A DNA stretch of 64,000 nt from positions 62,001 through 126,000 of the forward strand of contig JAQGDQ010000408.1 in NCBI GenBank assembly GCA_030141605.1, in the 5' to 3' direction. Of the stretch, positions 11,101 to 22,300 are shown piece after piece; the stretch's first letter is position 1, and each line of letters begins with the position of its first letter. The notes under the pieces are model-generated. The model did not search any database. It saw nothing but the letters and a program-made list of their open reading frames with translations, and was not told where the DNA came from. The stretch comes from Tubiluchus corallicola (Eukaryota > Animalia > Priapulida). The translations under genes and the position numbers were made by a program.

Positions 11101-13398
11101 TTTTAGTATGTAAGGGAAAGTTGTTCTCTACTGCTGGCAAATCCCTGAAGCTTATTCACAAAACTTACGTTGTAGCAGAATGCCCGAGTGGTTACTGTGT
11201 TTAACAACTGAAGTTAAGCAATACTAAGCTTAGTTGCCAAAATGGATGGTGACTGCCAAGTTTAGTACTCATTCTGGGAAGTATCCCCTGCCATACTGTC
11301 CAGGAGTATAGTCCTCATTTGAGAGAAGAGCGGTAAAAAAAGCATTTGTACCATTCTTACAGCATGCGTTCCAGTGTCTCTAGCTGTTCCAGTAACAGAG
11401 ATTCGCAAGAGAGTGACAGTAGCGCTTCGTCTAGACGCCACCAGTCCGACACTAGCGTCCAGTCCGTTCGCAGACCTCGGGGCACTTTAGCTGCAGGGAG
11501 ATCCAGTAGACCGCTGTCTGTGCGTTGCCAACGCGAGCCGGGAAATGCTGACACGAAGTCTAGCGCTTTGCAGGATAAGCAGAAACTCTCCGAACACATT
11601 ACAGCAGATGCTAAACAAAAGAATGCCATTCAAGAGAGGAGGAAGCTTAAATTATCTGAAGATGATCAAGAAAATGTTGGTATTAGTATCATGTTGTTAA
11701 TTTGTACTTAATCACTAGATCTTTTTTTACCTCAACTAAAAACAGTATAAAACTGCTGTTACGATATTAAATTTGGTCAACAAATTTAGTTTCAATAAAA
11801 GTAAATGGGAGAAAAGTCATGACTCACCTAGATTTAAACCACGAGTATATGAAATGATACTAGTCTTGCATTCCGAGAATCATTTACAAGCTTTGTAAAT
11901 TTCATTTCTTACGCTCTGCTTGCTTCTAAATTGAATGCAGCAATTCTGTGTTTTTTTGCTGTTGCTGTTGCTCTAGAGTTGCTGTTTATTATAAATCTTT
12001 GCTTCTGTATTTTCTATATGCATTGTGGCCTGGGAACACTCATTTTTGCTCATTCCCTCTGAGCAATTATATAAGCACTCAGCCTATTTGTACACAAGTT
12101 GTTTTGTGACAAATTCTTAAGTTAATTAGTATCGTTACTGCTGCATGGATCATGTGGGTAATATTAACTTTAGATGATAAACACCTATTTCAGGTCGACC
12201 CGAAACTTCCCAAACCTGCAAAAGTGCAACTACGTAAGAGCTCGCTCACCACACCCAAGGCACAGAAGTACACCAAAATGCGGCAAACAAATTCTGAATC
12301 GATGTGCGTGGATAATGAGAAGAGAAGGGTGAGGACACTTGATATGCAAATCAGTTTCTTGTAGATTTTTGTCTGCCTTATTAGCAATTTCATAAACTTG
12401 TAACAGTTAATTCACAAAATATTATTATTATGCTGTCTGTCTCATTTCAGGGGAAGGTGTTTGGAAAAGATGTCTCAAAAGTAGTACGTTCTCCGATGAA
12501 TTTGCGAGAAGCCATAGCAAAGCAGGCCTTTCGAGCAAGTCTTCACAAGGCTTCGCTGAAGAGTGAATCAAATGTGGCACTCGAGGGTGAAGCCACTAAG
12601 CTTGACGTTTGTAACGTCGAAACACAGACATGTGAAAGCACGCCGAATGAAGGGGTGAAGTTCGAAAGCAAGGAGTATGACAGCGGGTACGGTGACAGCG
12701 GTGGAAAGCCAAGAGATATCGTAAACAAGCCAGTTGATACTGGGCAACAAGAATTTGATGAGACGACAAAAACAGCGGCCAAGCCTCTAAGAAAAGTGTC
12801 AATGCTGGCCAATAAAACAAAGTCTACTAGCGTGCTAGAGAGCTCATCTAGAAAGAAGGTCATTTCTAGCATAATAAAGCGTGAAAGACCAAAGATATGC
12901 AGCAAGACTTACACCATTCGCAAAAGTCTTCTGCCGGAAGTAAGAAACGACGACATGACTGCAGCGGACAACAACGACAACAATGACAGTTTTTACGATG
13001 ATGCAGGTGATGACGTCTTTGTTGATGACATGGATGAAACATTAGTAGCCAAAGGTGACAATAGTAAAATTGCATCTGAAACTGAAGTGAAGGACATGAA
13101 AAAGCAGAATCCAAACATAGATGATATGCAAATTTCTGCGCAGGTTGAAGTTGCAAGGATTCTCTACAAGATTCATCAGATTCAGCCCTGCGGCAAAAAC
13201 AAGTCTGTTGCGTTGGAGCTAAAGGAATACTTACAGCAGAAACTAGGTCAAGAGTTGTGCTGGAAGGCACTGAAGCAAGTCCGAGGAGAGGTTGATCGTA
13301 ACACTGATGCATTCCACAATGCTTTAGCTGTCTTGGGAGAACAGCATGTAGTCTACCTTCCACTGATTCTCAAGGTCATAGATATAGAATCTGACTGA
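2160..13398 (+). CDS. NIMA-related Ser/Thr kinase (NEK1/NEK4-like), 8 exons, ~744 aa
   Basis: Exons 2160-2418, 3760-3891, 5342-5495, 8677-8814, 10335-10490, 11363-11675, 12194-12328 and 12451-13398 join in frame (2235 nt). Kinase motifs: [53 protein letters not shown]. Long low-complexity C-terminus ending in a NEK-type [10 protein letters not shown] segment. Confidence 0.93.
4645..5144. mobile_element. Non-autonomous hAT (Charlie-like) MITE
   Basis: 16-bp TIRs CAGGGGTGTGCAAATT / AATTTGCACACCCCTG, a perfect 8-bp TSD AGTTATAT (4637-4644, 5145-5152) and GCGGGCC subterminal repeats. Confidence 0.92.
5521..6485. mobile_element. TIR-bounded MITE family (TGTGCTTGCA termini), copy with internal duplication
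   Basis: Termini TGTGCTTGCA...TGCAAGCACA. Homologous copies at 57019-57656, 62708-63235 (inverted) and a partial copy at ~3968-4115. Confidence 0.8.
6560..7130 (-). mobile_element. 5S rRNA-derived SINE (SINE3) with RTE-like body and (AAC)n tail
   Basis: Reverse strand 7130-7013 is a near full-length 5S rRNA (ACTACGGCCATATCACGTTGAAAACACCGG...GAAGTTAA...TAGTACTTGGATGGGTGACCGCC..GGAATACC.GGTGCTGTAAGCTT). It is followed by a ~430-nt GC-rich body, the hairpin TGTCTTCCGAGACA and a (CAA)n tail. 11-bp TSD ACTACTTATGT at 6549-6559 and 7131-7141. Confidence 0.88.
7590..7865 (+). mobile_element. 3' tail of a LINE family related to the element at 35390-36130
   Basis: Shares TGCACTGGACGCATTTG and the terminal TTTTTATG.CAA.TAAAGA.T..(TA)n with the reverse-strand LINE end at ~35390-35510. 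Confidence 0.55.
8886..9175 (+). repeat. Two degenerate tandem copies (163-bp period) of the 3' part of NEK exon 4 plus adjacent intron
   Basis: GAAATGTCTTGCCTTGGAT starts at 8723, 8886 and 9049. The copies lack the exon acceptor and have lost the donor. Confidence 0.9.
9630..10105. repeat. 50-bp minisatellite, ~9.5 copies
   Basis: ATGTCAAACAATGGGCGCC recurs every 50 nt from 9641 to 10091. Confidence 0.95.
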
Positions 13399-13407
13399 AG
13401 ACTTGGG

Positions 13408-13600
13408 GTGAGCATTCTCTACTAGAAAGCGAATTCGAATTGAATCAAATTTGTGACTTTCAAATCGGAATCGAATTGAACTTCATTGTTTCGAATTCGA
13501 ATTGAGATTGAAAGATTTCGAACAAGTTTTCAAATCACCCGTGAAAATCAGTGTTACAATGATCGTGCATATTTTCTTCTTCAGTAAAATCACTAATAAT
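13408..13600. mobile_element. Dispersed repeat/MITE family (GGTGAGCATTC...CGAATTCGAA)
   Basis: Starts ~10 nt after the NEK stop codon. Related copies at ~50525-50930, ~51797-52200 and ~61895-62235. Confidence 0.65.
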
Positions 13601-13871
13601 TTGTTTAAAAATTGTTAAGTTATGCTAATTACATGATGGCTTTAGTTCTAGCATTGCTAATAACACTAGCCCCTCACAATCATATGAGCTTAATAAACGC
13701 TATGTTGATTGCCAAAGACCGGCTCTTGCATGTATATAATTCATGAACACTGTGCTTGTCTTGAGAAAGTTTATCTTGTGATTAGTGCATTTTTATCTGC
13801 TGACAATGGCATATCTATTATCTATCTATTGTGATTGACAAATTCCACGCTTCACAAAAGTACCATTTTAT

Positions 13872-14070
13872 CTCATAGTTGCTGAAGTGTTTTTTTCTGC
13901 CAAAGATGATATTAATTCATTCATAGTTTGCTGTAGTGTTTTTTCTGCCAAACATGATACTAATTCATTCATAGTTTGCTGGAAAGTGTTTTTTCTGCCA
14001 AAGATGATATTAATTCATTCATAGTTTGCTGGAAAGTGTTTTTATTCTGCAAAAGATAATATTAATGCAT
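13872..14070. repeat. ~48-bp tandem repeat, ~4 copies
   Basis: TCATAGTTTGCTG..AGTGTTTTTTCTGCCAAAGATGATATTAATTCAT repeated. Confidence 0.85.
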
Positions 14071-14713
14071 GTTATGTAGATGGACATATTTAATAATGTT
14101 ATGACTAAAGATTGTTGCTTATTCTTAATCCACAAATGTACTAGTAACTAATATATTTTCAAGATATTTATTATTAAAGTGTGATTATAACTTTACTAAT
14201 GCGATTTATATATGTTGTGTTTTAAGACGAAACTATATTTTTTACTGCAAAACTATTGTATTTTGTAATAAAGTTTATTTTTATATGAAACATTTCGCGT
14301 AGTTATTATAATTGGCAAAAGCAAATTAACCATATCATTCATATATATACATTTCATTAATAAATTTAAGGTAACGATAATATCTACAGTATAACAAGGT
14401 AACACAGAACATTTATTATCATGACACATTCGATTAGCATGCAACATTAACCAATACTAGGTCTGACCAGTAAATGGATAGGTGACCACCAGGAAAAGTG
14501 GCTCCATGTGCCATACTGCAGGAAGTTATGGAGAATAAAAAATCTATATGTATCTCTGCAGGTTGATAACCCTATCTTAAAGATGCATGCTAGATGATGA
14601 ACTAGGTTGCAGTTCTGCCACAACTATAAACATCAGTAGGGCATGCAGTGTCAAGTGCAAGATCCTATCTTGCAGGGTACCAGACAATAAAAAAGTATAC
14701 AGGGTAATTTTAA

Positions 14714-15387
14714 CTCCTTCGGGACTGTAAGCATTTGCTGGGTTCTTAAAAAACTGCTCTCACATTATATTTGACAATTTTTGTAGGTTTATACTCCTCA
14801 AACAATGGATTTTTACGTAAAGTTATACACAAAATGCATTTCCTTGCATTAGACAGATTAAAAATCAATTTTTGACGAAAAAATTGAAAAAAGTTTTCAG
14901 TAACTGCAGTGTTTGCACTGCAACAATGTACAGTATCACTTGTGCGAAATCGGCTAATGCAGAAAAGTTGAATTATGAAGACACAACACTCTGATGCAAT
15001 TTGGCCTCAAATCTACTCTATTTTTAAGCATAAATTCCTGTTAAAAGATGAAATGACCTTAATTTTTCTTTGGCTGATCGGTTGGTTTTTCCTACAACTT
15101 GGTACAGCTGATAGTTCTCTTTGGCTCCAACAAGCAGGCGATGTATAAAACAGTGCCAACTGCCGAACATGCAAGTGTGTACTGGATTAAGCTACTCACT
15201 AGGCTAAGTTGGAGTGCCTGAAAATGGCATGTTTTTCTTAATTTTGTCCAATTAAATCACTTATAAATGTTAAGACAAATAGCATGATCGGATTTGTAAT
15301 CATTTAGTTATGTCTGTGCTCATGCAGTAGCAGAAAAGTCATAGGCGTTATAAAAGACCTATTTTTAGTGGTGCGGTCCTGAAGGAG
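14714..15387. mobile_element. piggyBac-like non-autonomous element
   Basis: TTAA|CTCCTTCGGGAC ... GTCCTGAAGGAG|TTAA, i.e. TIRs with a TTAA target duplication. A related end GCGGTCCTGAAGGGG lies at ~40903. Confidence 0.8.
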
Positions 15388-15659
15388 TTAAGAAAATCTG
15401 TACATTACTAAAGTTGAAAATGCCTTTACGTTCAGATGAGCAAGCTTTCTGTTGCGAGTTTTCTCTCTGACAGCAAACTCGCAAGTGTGAACAGCTTTAC
15501 ATGCTACTGTCGTCAAGAAATTGTAAAATCTCTGACAGTTGCTGTAAGTTGATTTAATGTTTAGTGACAACATCTCAGCGAGTTACTCACGGCACTTCTT
15601 ACATTGAACAGAGAAGTAAGTGTCGGCCTATGCTTACTGCCGAAGAGTAATTTGCAGCA

Positions 15660-15980
15660 AGTTTTGCTCGCTAGTCTGAACATGCTTGTGAGTTACTTGG
15701 CAAGAAAACTCGCTAATCTGAACACGCTTGTGAGTTACTTGGAAAGAAAATTCGCTAATCTGAACATGCTTGTGAGTTACTTGGCAAGAAAACTCGCTAA
15801 TCTGAACACGCTTGTGAGTTACTAGGCGAGAAAACTCGCTAGTCTGAACACGCTTGTGAGTTACTAGGCGAGAAAACTCGCTAATCTGAACATGCTTGTG
15901 AGTTTCTTGCGGAGAAAACTCGCTGGTCTGAACGCACTTGCGAGTTATTTGGTGAGAAACTCACTAATCTGAACGCACCA
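15660..15980. repeat. 42-bp minisatellite, ~7-8 copies
   Basis: CTCGCTAATCTGAACACGCTTGTGAGTTACTTGGCAAGAAAA repeated; it explains ORF 15604-15825. Confidence 0.92.
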
Positions 15981-16382
15981 GTAGTTATAACATGGTGATA
16001 ACAGAATCATATTTTATGACAGCCATTTTGCACAGAAAATCAGTTTGTGGAGAAATGGGGCTGGTGATGACAAACGTGATACAAAAGCTTAAAGCATAAT
16101 GTACGACACAAGATATAAACGACAAACCCGGAGAGAAACTGAGTAAGAATAAATGCTTCTTATCAAATAAAGACAATTTGCTTAAACAATCGTTAACTGG
16201 ACTTCAACGTGAAATGCTACGCTAAGAAGTTTAGAGAAAACTGTTGGCTGTCACTGACTAGAAATTTGCTCCAATGTGCTTCAAAACAATGCAAATGCAG
16301 CATTTTGCAGATGCAAATACTTAGCCACAAAATTTAGCCCAATTTTATTGTAGAGCGCTCCAACGTTCTCTCCGTAGCTTAG

Positions 16383-19300
16383 CTACATGACAAAATGCTG
16401 AGTGTAATCATATTCAATAGTGGGAATAACAGCTTGTACAAATTTCAGGAAAATAAGCAGATAAAGATGCACCCCGAGCTGCTTTTCTCCGCCGCTCTCC
16501 ACCGTTTGTATGATCTTCTTCATTACTTCTGCATGTCTACAATGGAAAATATATTAGTACAGTGCAAAGTTAAGCAATGTTGAACCTAGTTAGTTTGTGG
16601 ATGGATGCTTCGCTTCATCAGACTACAAAATATAAACGAGACTAAATTTGCTTGACACTTTACAAGTCATTCACTTCAGTAAGTTCAGTAAGTGAATCAT
16701 TGCCCATAGTCTCTATCATCATTAAATTACCTGCACGGATGCACAGAAGCAGACTGTTCAGGTAGATGCGGATGGTGCTCTATGGTTACCGTTTTCTTAG
16801 CGTGGTCGGCGCTGAAATCTTCGTACATTTGTTCAACTGTTAGCGGCTTCCGGTTCTGGAAACAAATCAGATAAATTGTGTAATAAAAAGGGACTAACCA
16901 GAAGTTCTGCTGCACGGAGCAATCATTCGGTTGCATTAACTTTAGCAATTCGACAGCATCAAGCAGTAACAAGTACTTACAACTAGGGCTCAAAAAAATT
17001 ACATCTAATATTAAAGTATTTTTAACAATTCACAGCTCAAATTGCAAATGAAATTGCACCATACAGCATGACTTATTGTTGTTTTAGATGAAAAAAGACT
17101 TACAATGCCCACAAGAAATTGGTTCATGAAGATTATTAGTTCGTGAAGTGAATTAGGGTTAGGGTTGGAATTAGGGTTAAGGACAGGGTATTTAAATTGC
17201 ATGGGATATTAGAAACGGCTAGCATTTGTTGGTCAGTCGGGAAGCAAAAACATGTACTTGTATAAAAATCGCAGTGCTTGCATTACTAGCGCGTTTTTAG
17301 AACAGAATAACGCATTATGTACTGCTTTAATGTACCAAATTAGGTGAAAAATTGTTGGTATAATAAAAAATTGGCTTCCAACAAAGTAAAAAATCGTCGT
17401 TAAAATGAAACAGTGCATCGCTAAGTGAAAAAAGGTGTCAAACGTTCAGCATCGTTAAAACAAATTGGAGCTAAACGCGTAGTCATTAAGCAAGGATTAA
17501 TGTACTTCACATTTCTACACCTGGATATTCTCAAATGCTGAACAACTGCTTATAAATCCAGTTTTTTTCTCAAGATTGTTATCTCTGGACTTTCCTACGA
17601 GAAAATTGTAAATACATCAACAGATACCTCCATCCTAGTAAATCATTACTAATATGGATCCGCATTCACAATTTTGATTTTCTTCTGACAAACGTGCTTT
17701 AGAGGCCACTGGGCATATTTGGGATGGGATATAATATACAATCCGACCTCATTTGTAATGCCAGCCTCGCTTAATGCCCACATTTTTAGCAAAACAAAAT
17801 GTCTGTATTTATATAAACATCTATATATTAATTCTACTGGTATATATGTATTAATACACCTTGATATAATGCCAAACTCGCTTAGCGCCAGTTATAGATG
17901 GCAGAAAGAAGACAGAAAGCCAACCCTTCTATACACAAATGATGAGATTTGATGACAATTACATAAAGAATAACAAATTACGTAGTGAAACGCGATTTTT
18001 CTATGTTACTAAAGGACGCGTACACAATACTGTTAAACAATATGACAGTGGGGAAATACAATGTCTTGCGTACTGCAGTTCAGTTTGTGTGTAGTATTGA
18101 GTTAGGTAAATTACATATATTTTGACGTAATGGATCATAATTTTCATTTGAGTTAGGTGAAATTTTGAGAAATTTTGAGTTAAGTGAAGTTTTTTTGTGG
18201 GAAAAACAAAGGATTTGATCCGCTCCGCTGAATAAAGAGGCTCAACTGTGTATAAAAAATACCCACCTCATCATAACCCTTTAACCACAGCCGAGGGGTA
18301 CGATAGTAGTTATCGTAGGTTATGTTAAGGTCGTACGTCCTGGTCTGCAGTATTCCACCATCCGATGCTTCAGTCTTCGAATCTGTGCGAGCTACCGTCT
18401 TGGGATCTATGGTAAACTAGAAATACAGAGAAATAAACTATCATTGATTCGACTGTTACAGTGAAAGACTGAGTAAAAAATCTAGTATTCAACGTAATTT
18501 AGAAAAGAAAAACAAACGGAGAAAAACAAAAAGCAATAGATTGTTCAAGAAAATTAAGCTCTGTTTTGCGCAAATCTTGTCTTCAAACAGGCAATTCACA
18601 ATTAAGATCAACTGTCATTGAGCGATTTAAAGGAAAAGCTTACAAAGCTACAAAAATGCAAATTTTTTAGCTTGAATTTAAATTAACAGTGAAAACGTAA
18701 CTTGAAGTTTTATCTTCAAAACGTTTCCATGCTTTTCGGGAATTTTTATGCAAAATTATGAAAGATTGCTCAGGCAATGCAGAAGGTTTCTTCATGTTGT
18801 TGTTTTTAAATTCCTCTTGTGGAATTTCCATTAACCTTGTAGTAGATAATGTTTTTATATGCATCTGGACCAGAATCAACGATTTAATGGCATGGCTTCG
18901 GAATCTTGATAGTTGTGATGAGACTGGCACTAGCTCACTTCCTAGAAGAGCTACCAAACCAGGATCTCTTTGAATTTCACCACATTCTGATGTGAATGCT
19001 GAAGAACGAAATAATGCATAGCAAGTCATGTGGCACACGTCATCCCCACTCGCTGCTCACCTCTTCCTAGCATTTTAATGTTTTTCACAGACAAAGTAAT
19101 TCAAGTTTATTAGACCTGTTTGAAATGCAAAAATGTTCTTTTTGCTTATTACAAAAAAAAAATACAAATACATTTATACAAATTCATTCTAATCTAAGCT
19201 TATGCTAACTTAGAACCCTGTTTACCGTTGTCGGGGGGGGTGTTTTTTTTGGGACATCGTAGACAACCCCCAACAGAAAGTTAAAGTGTGGGCATTGACC

Positions 19301-22300
19301 TAGTACGTTTTCATTATGTTGTGTGAGTGAACATGTGTCTTTAACAAGCTAGCGAAATTTTTCATTAGATATGCCGCAACGATGTAAGTTTACTTCTATT
19401 AATTTTGATTTTTATTTATTCATTGATTCATTATTCATTAACAATTTAACTAAATTAGCCAATGTCAGTCACCTTTGCCTTTCTATTTTTTTTAAATATT
19501 GCAGAAATAAAGATCAGTGGTTTATATAAAAATTCAACTGAGACTTTAGAAGTTGTCATAAATGCCTCTCAGAGACACTAACAGTAGATCCATAGCTTGC
19601 CCAACGCCGATGGGAATTTCATTTATGGAGAAGAAGTCACAACAGAAGTATTGGGAAAATATAAAACTATTTCATCCATTTTATTTACAGTCAACCTCGG
19701 ATATAAGGGACACCTCCAGACCGGAAAAAAACCATCCCTTATATGCGATGTCACTTATAGCCGAAGTTGAGCCATATTTTTATGGATTATTGCTACACAT
19801 TCAGTGCAAACGGTATGTAGGAAGCTCCTTCACCGATGCGAGATGTATGCGACCACAAAAACCGAGCTGTTCGAAGGCCGAGTTTGTGAAAAATTGAAGT
19901 TAAAAATCGATCAATTTCCCTTTGATCGTAGGGTCCCTTATAAGCAAGGTAATTTACCTGGGTTTCTATTACGCAGGACCTGAAGATATCGTGCCTCATA
20001 ACCGAAAGTACCTTATGTCCGAGTACCTTATATACGAAGATTTTTACATAGGAAAAACGTTACGAAAAATCGGGACCGGTGTTGGTAATCCCTTATAAGC
20101 GAATACCTTATACCAGAGATGACAGTAGTTTAAACTCTGATAGCAGCAAATGCCTTGTTTTTGCCATTGTTGTAGTTGGTTTACTTCGATGTTCTGCGTG
20201 CGTGTGCTTTATATTATATGTTATATCTGTAGTTGTCACTTTAACATCTAAGGTTAGGCAGATCAATGTGACTGGTTCCCCACCGGGAAGATAGTGAGTA
20301 GGGACCGAAATCTGAATCTTTCCCGGTGACTCACCTGACGACCCTATGGTGATAATTTTGTACGTGTGCATTGCTGTAGATTGTGTGTGATTTGCAGTTG
20401 TTTGTGTCTTTTTGTTGTTTTGTGTGTGGTGTTCATGTAATTTGAATTTAATTAGCTACAACAACTAGCACACTTACATCATCTTCCTCAAGCAGACCAC
20501 TCTCATCGAGTTCGTCCATGTCTACGGCAGGTTCATCGTCGTCGTCGTCATCGAGCACTTCCACTCGTGGCTCCAGGGATAAATCCTGTAAATGTTCCGT
20601 TACAGACGATGTGTGCTGTTCATTATCTAAAACGAAAATGCGCTTGACATAAGAGGAATATAAATGGCAGCCACTTTTGTCCTGGTCAACCGTAAAATCA
20701 AATGGCTAATAAGCATTCAAACATTTAGAGGTGATTTTCTGATGTCAGAAATCTTTGAATTATTTCCAACAGATTTTGCCAACTAAACAAGGTATCTAGA
20801 AATAAAACTGTACAAAAAACCTTTCTCCTTTTGAATTTAAAGGGCAGGATAACATTCTTTGAAAATAAATCGAAAAAATTCTTATCACTTATATGCTGTC
20901 TTTCTACAAAGTTTGTGTTAACAGTAACACTGCATAAAACTTGTAAATTTAAACTCCCACGTGGACTGTTAGGCGTGACCATTTTAATGGTAGGTCATTT
21001 AAAACAAATTTAGATAACATTGCATAACGATGAAAAAATAATCAGAGCATTCGTAGCACACACGTCACTAACTAAGCAAATGTTTTAATTACTGTTGAAT
21101 TATTATAAACTGTTGTGGATTAATGTAGAATGCTATAAATTGTTGTGGTTTGATGTAGAGTGTTATAAACTGTTGTGGTTTGCTGCATAATGTTATAAAC
21201 TGTTGTGGTTTGACATAGAATGCTATAAACTGTTGTGGTTTGATGTAGAATGTTATAAACTGTTGTGGTTTGCTGCAGAATGTTATAAACTGTTGTGGTT
21301 TGACATAGAATGTTATAAACTGTTGTGGTTTGATGTAGAATGTTATAAACTGTTGTGGTTTGATGTAGAATGTTATAAACTATTGTGGTTTCATGTAGAA
21401 TGTTATAAACTGTTGTGGTTTGATGTAGAATGTTGTAAACTGTTGTGGTTTGATGTAGATGTTATCAACTGTTGTGGTTTGATGTAGAATGTTTTAAACG
21501 TTTTTTGGTTTGATGTGGAATGTTTCAAACTGTTGTGGTTTGATGTAGAATGTTTCAAACTGTTGTGGTTTGATGTAGAATGTTTCAAACTGTTGTGGTT
21601 TGATGTAGAATGTTTCAAACTGTTGTGGTTTGACATAGAATGTTATAAATTCTTGTGGTTTGATACAGAATGTTGTAAACTGTTGTGGTTTGTTATAGAA
21701 TGTTATAAATTGTTGTGGTTTGATGCAGAATGTTGTAAACTGTTGTGGTTTGGTATAGAATGTTATAAGCTGTTGTGATTTCATGTAGAACGTTGTAAGC
21801 AAACTGCTAACTCTTCTATAACTGCAAAAATAACTTAAAATAATGTCAGTAATTTATACCGAGGCCCCAGTGATGCGTATCAACCCAACCACCATCAGCA
21901 TCATCTTCTTCGATAATCATTTCTTGGTCTTCATGATAATCCATCTGTTTACAGCGCTTGTAACATGGAACTGAAAGACAACGAATAAGCTATATAATAA
22001 ACATATTAATGTAGTGAACAGAAAAAGCATAAGGAAACCTAGCATTCAGTCGGTCTCAGCGGCGGCTGCAATGTCTCACCATGTTTGACTAGGTTCTCGT
22101 CCTGCCACAAAAACTCGTAATAAATATGTCTATGATTGAGTGCTGGATTCCAGTACGTAGAGTAGACAATGGTACAAAAACAACGAGAAAAATCGAAAGT
22201 GTTTGTTTGATAACCAGAGTCGAACCAAGCACCTCCCGTTTTCCAATCACGGGTTCTTCTATAAATGATCTACTGATGACCGTATATATCAGCATAATAT

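Noticed and set aside
15604-15980. ORF with LANLNTLVSYLARK repeats
   Set aside because: Translation of a 42-bp minisatellite; later units contain stop codons.
17150-17182. Interstitial telomere (TTAGGG)
   Set aside because: Only about three interrupted units; short arrays like this are common inside repeats.
18667-19038. 123-aa ORF nested in an ATG3 intron
   Set aside because: No recognisable domain and not needed for the ATG3 frame; at most a decayed transposase fragment.
21100-21800. CRISPR-like array or repeat protein ([10 protein letters not shown])n
   Set aside because: Head-to-tail 30-bp units with no unique spacers, inside a eukaryotic intron. The ORFs arise because the period is a multiple of 3.
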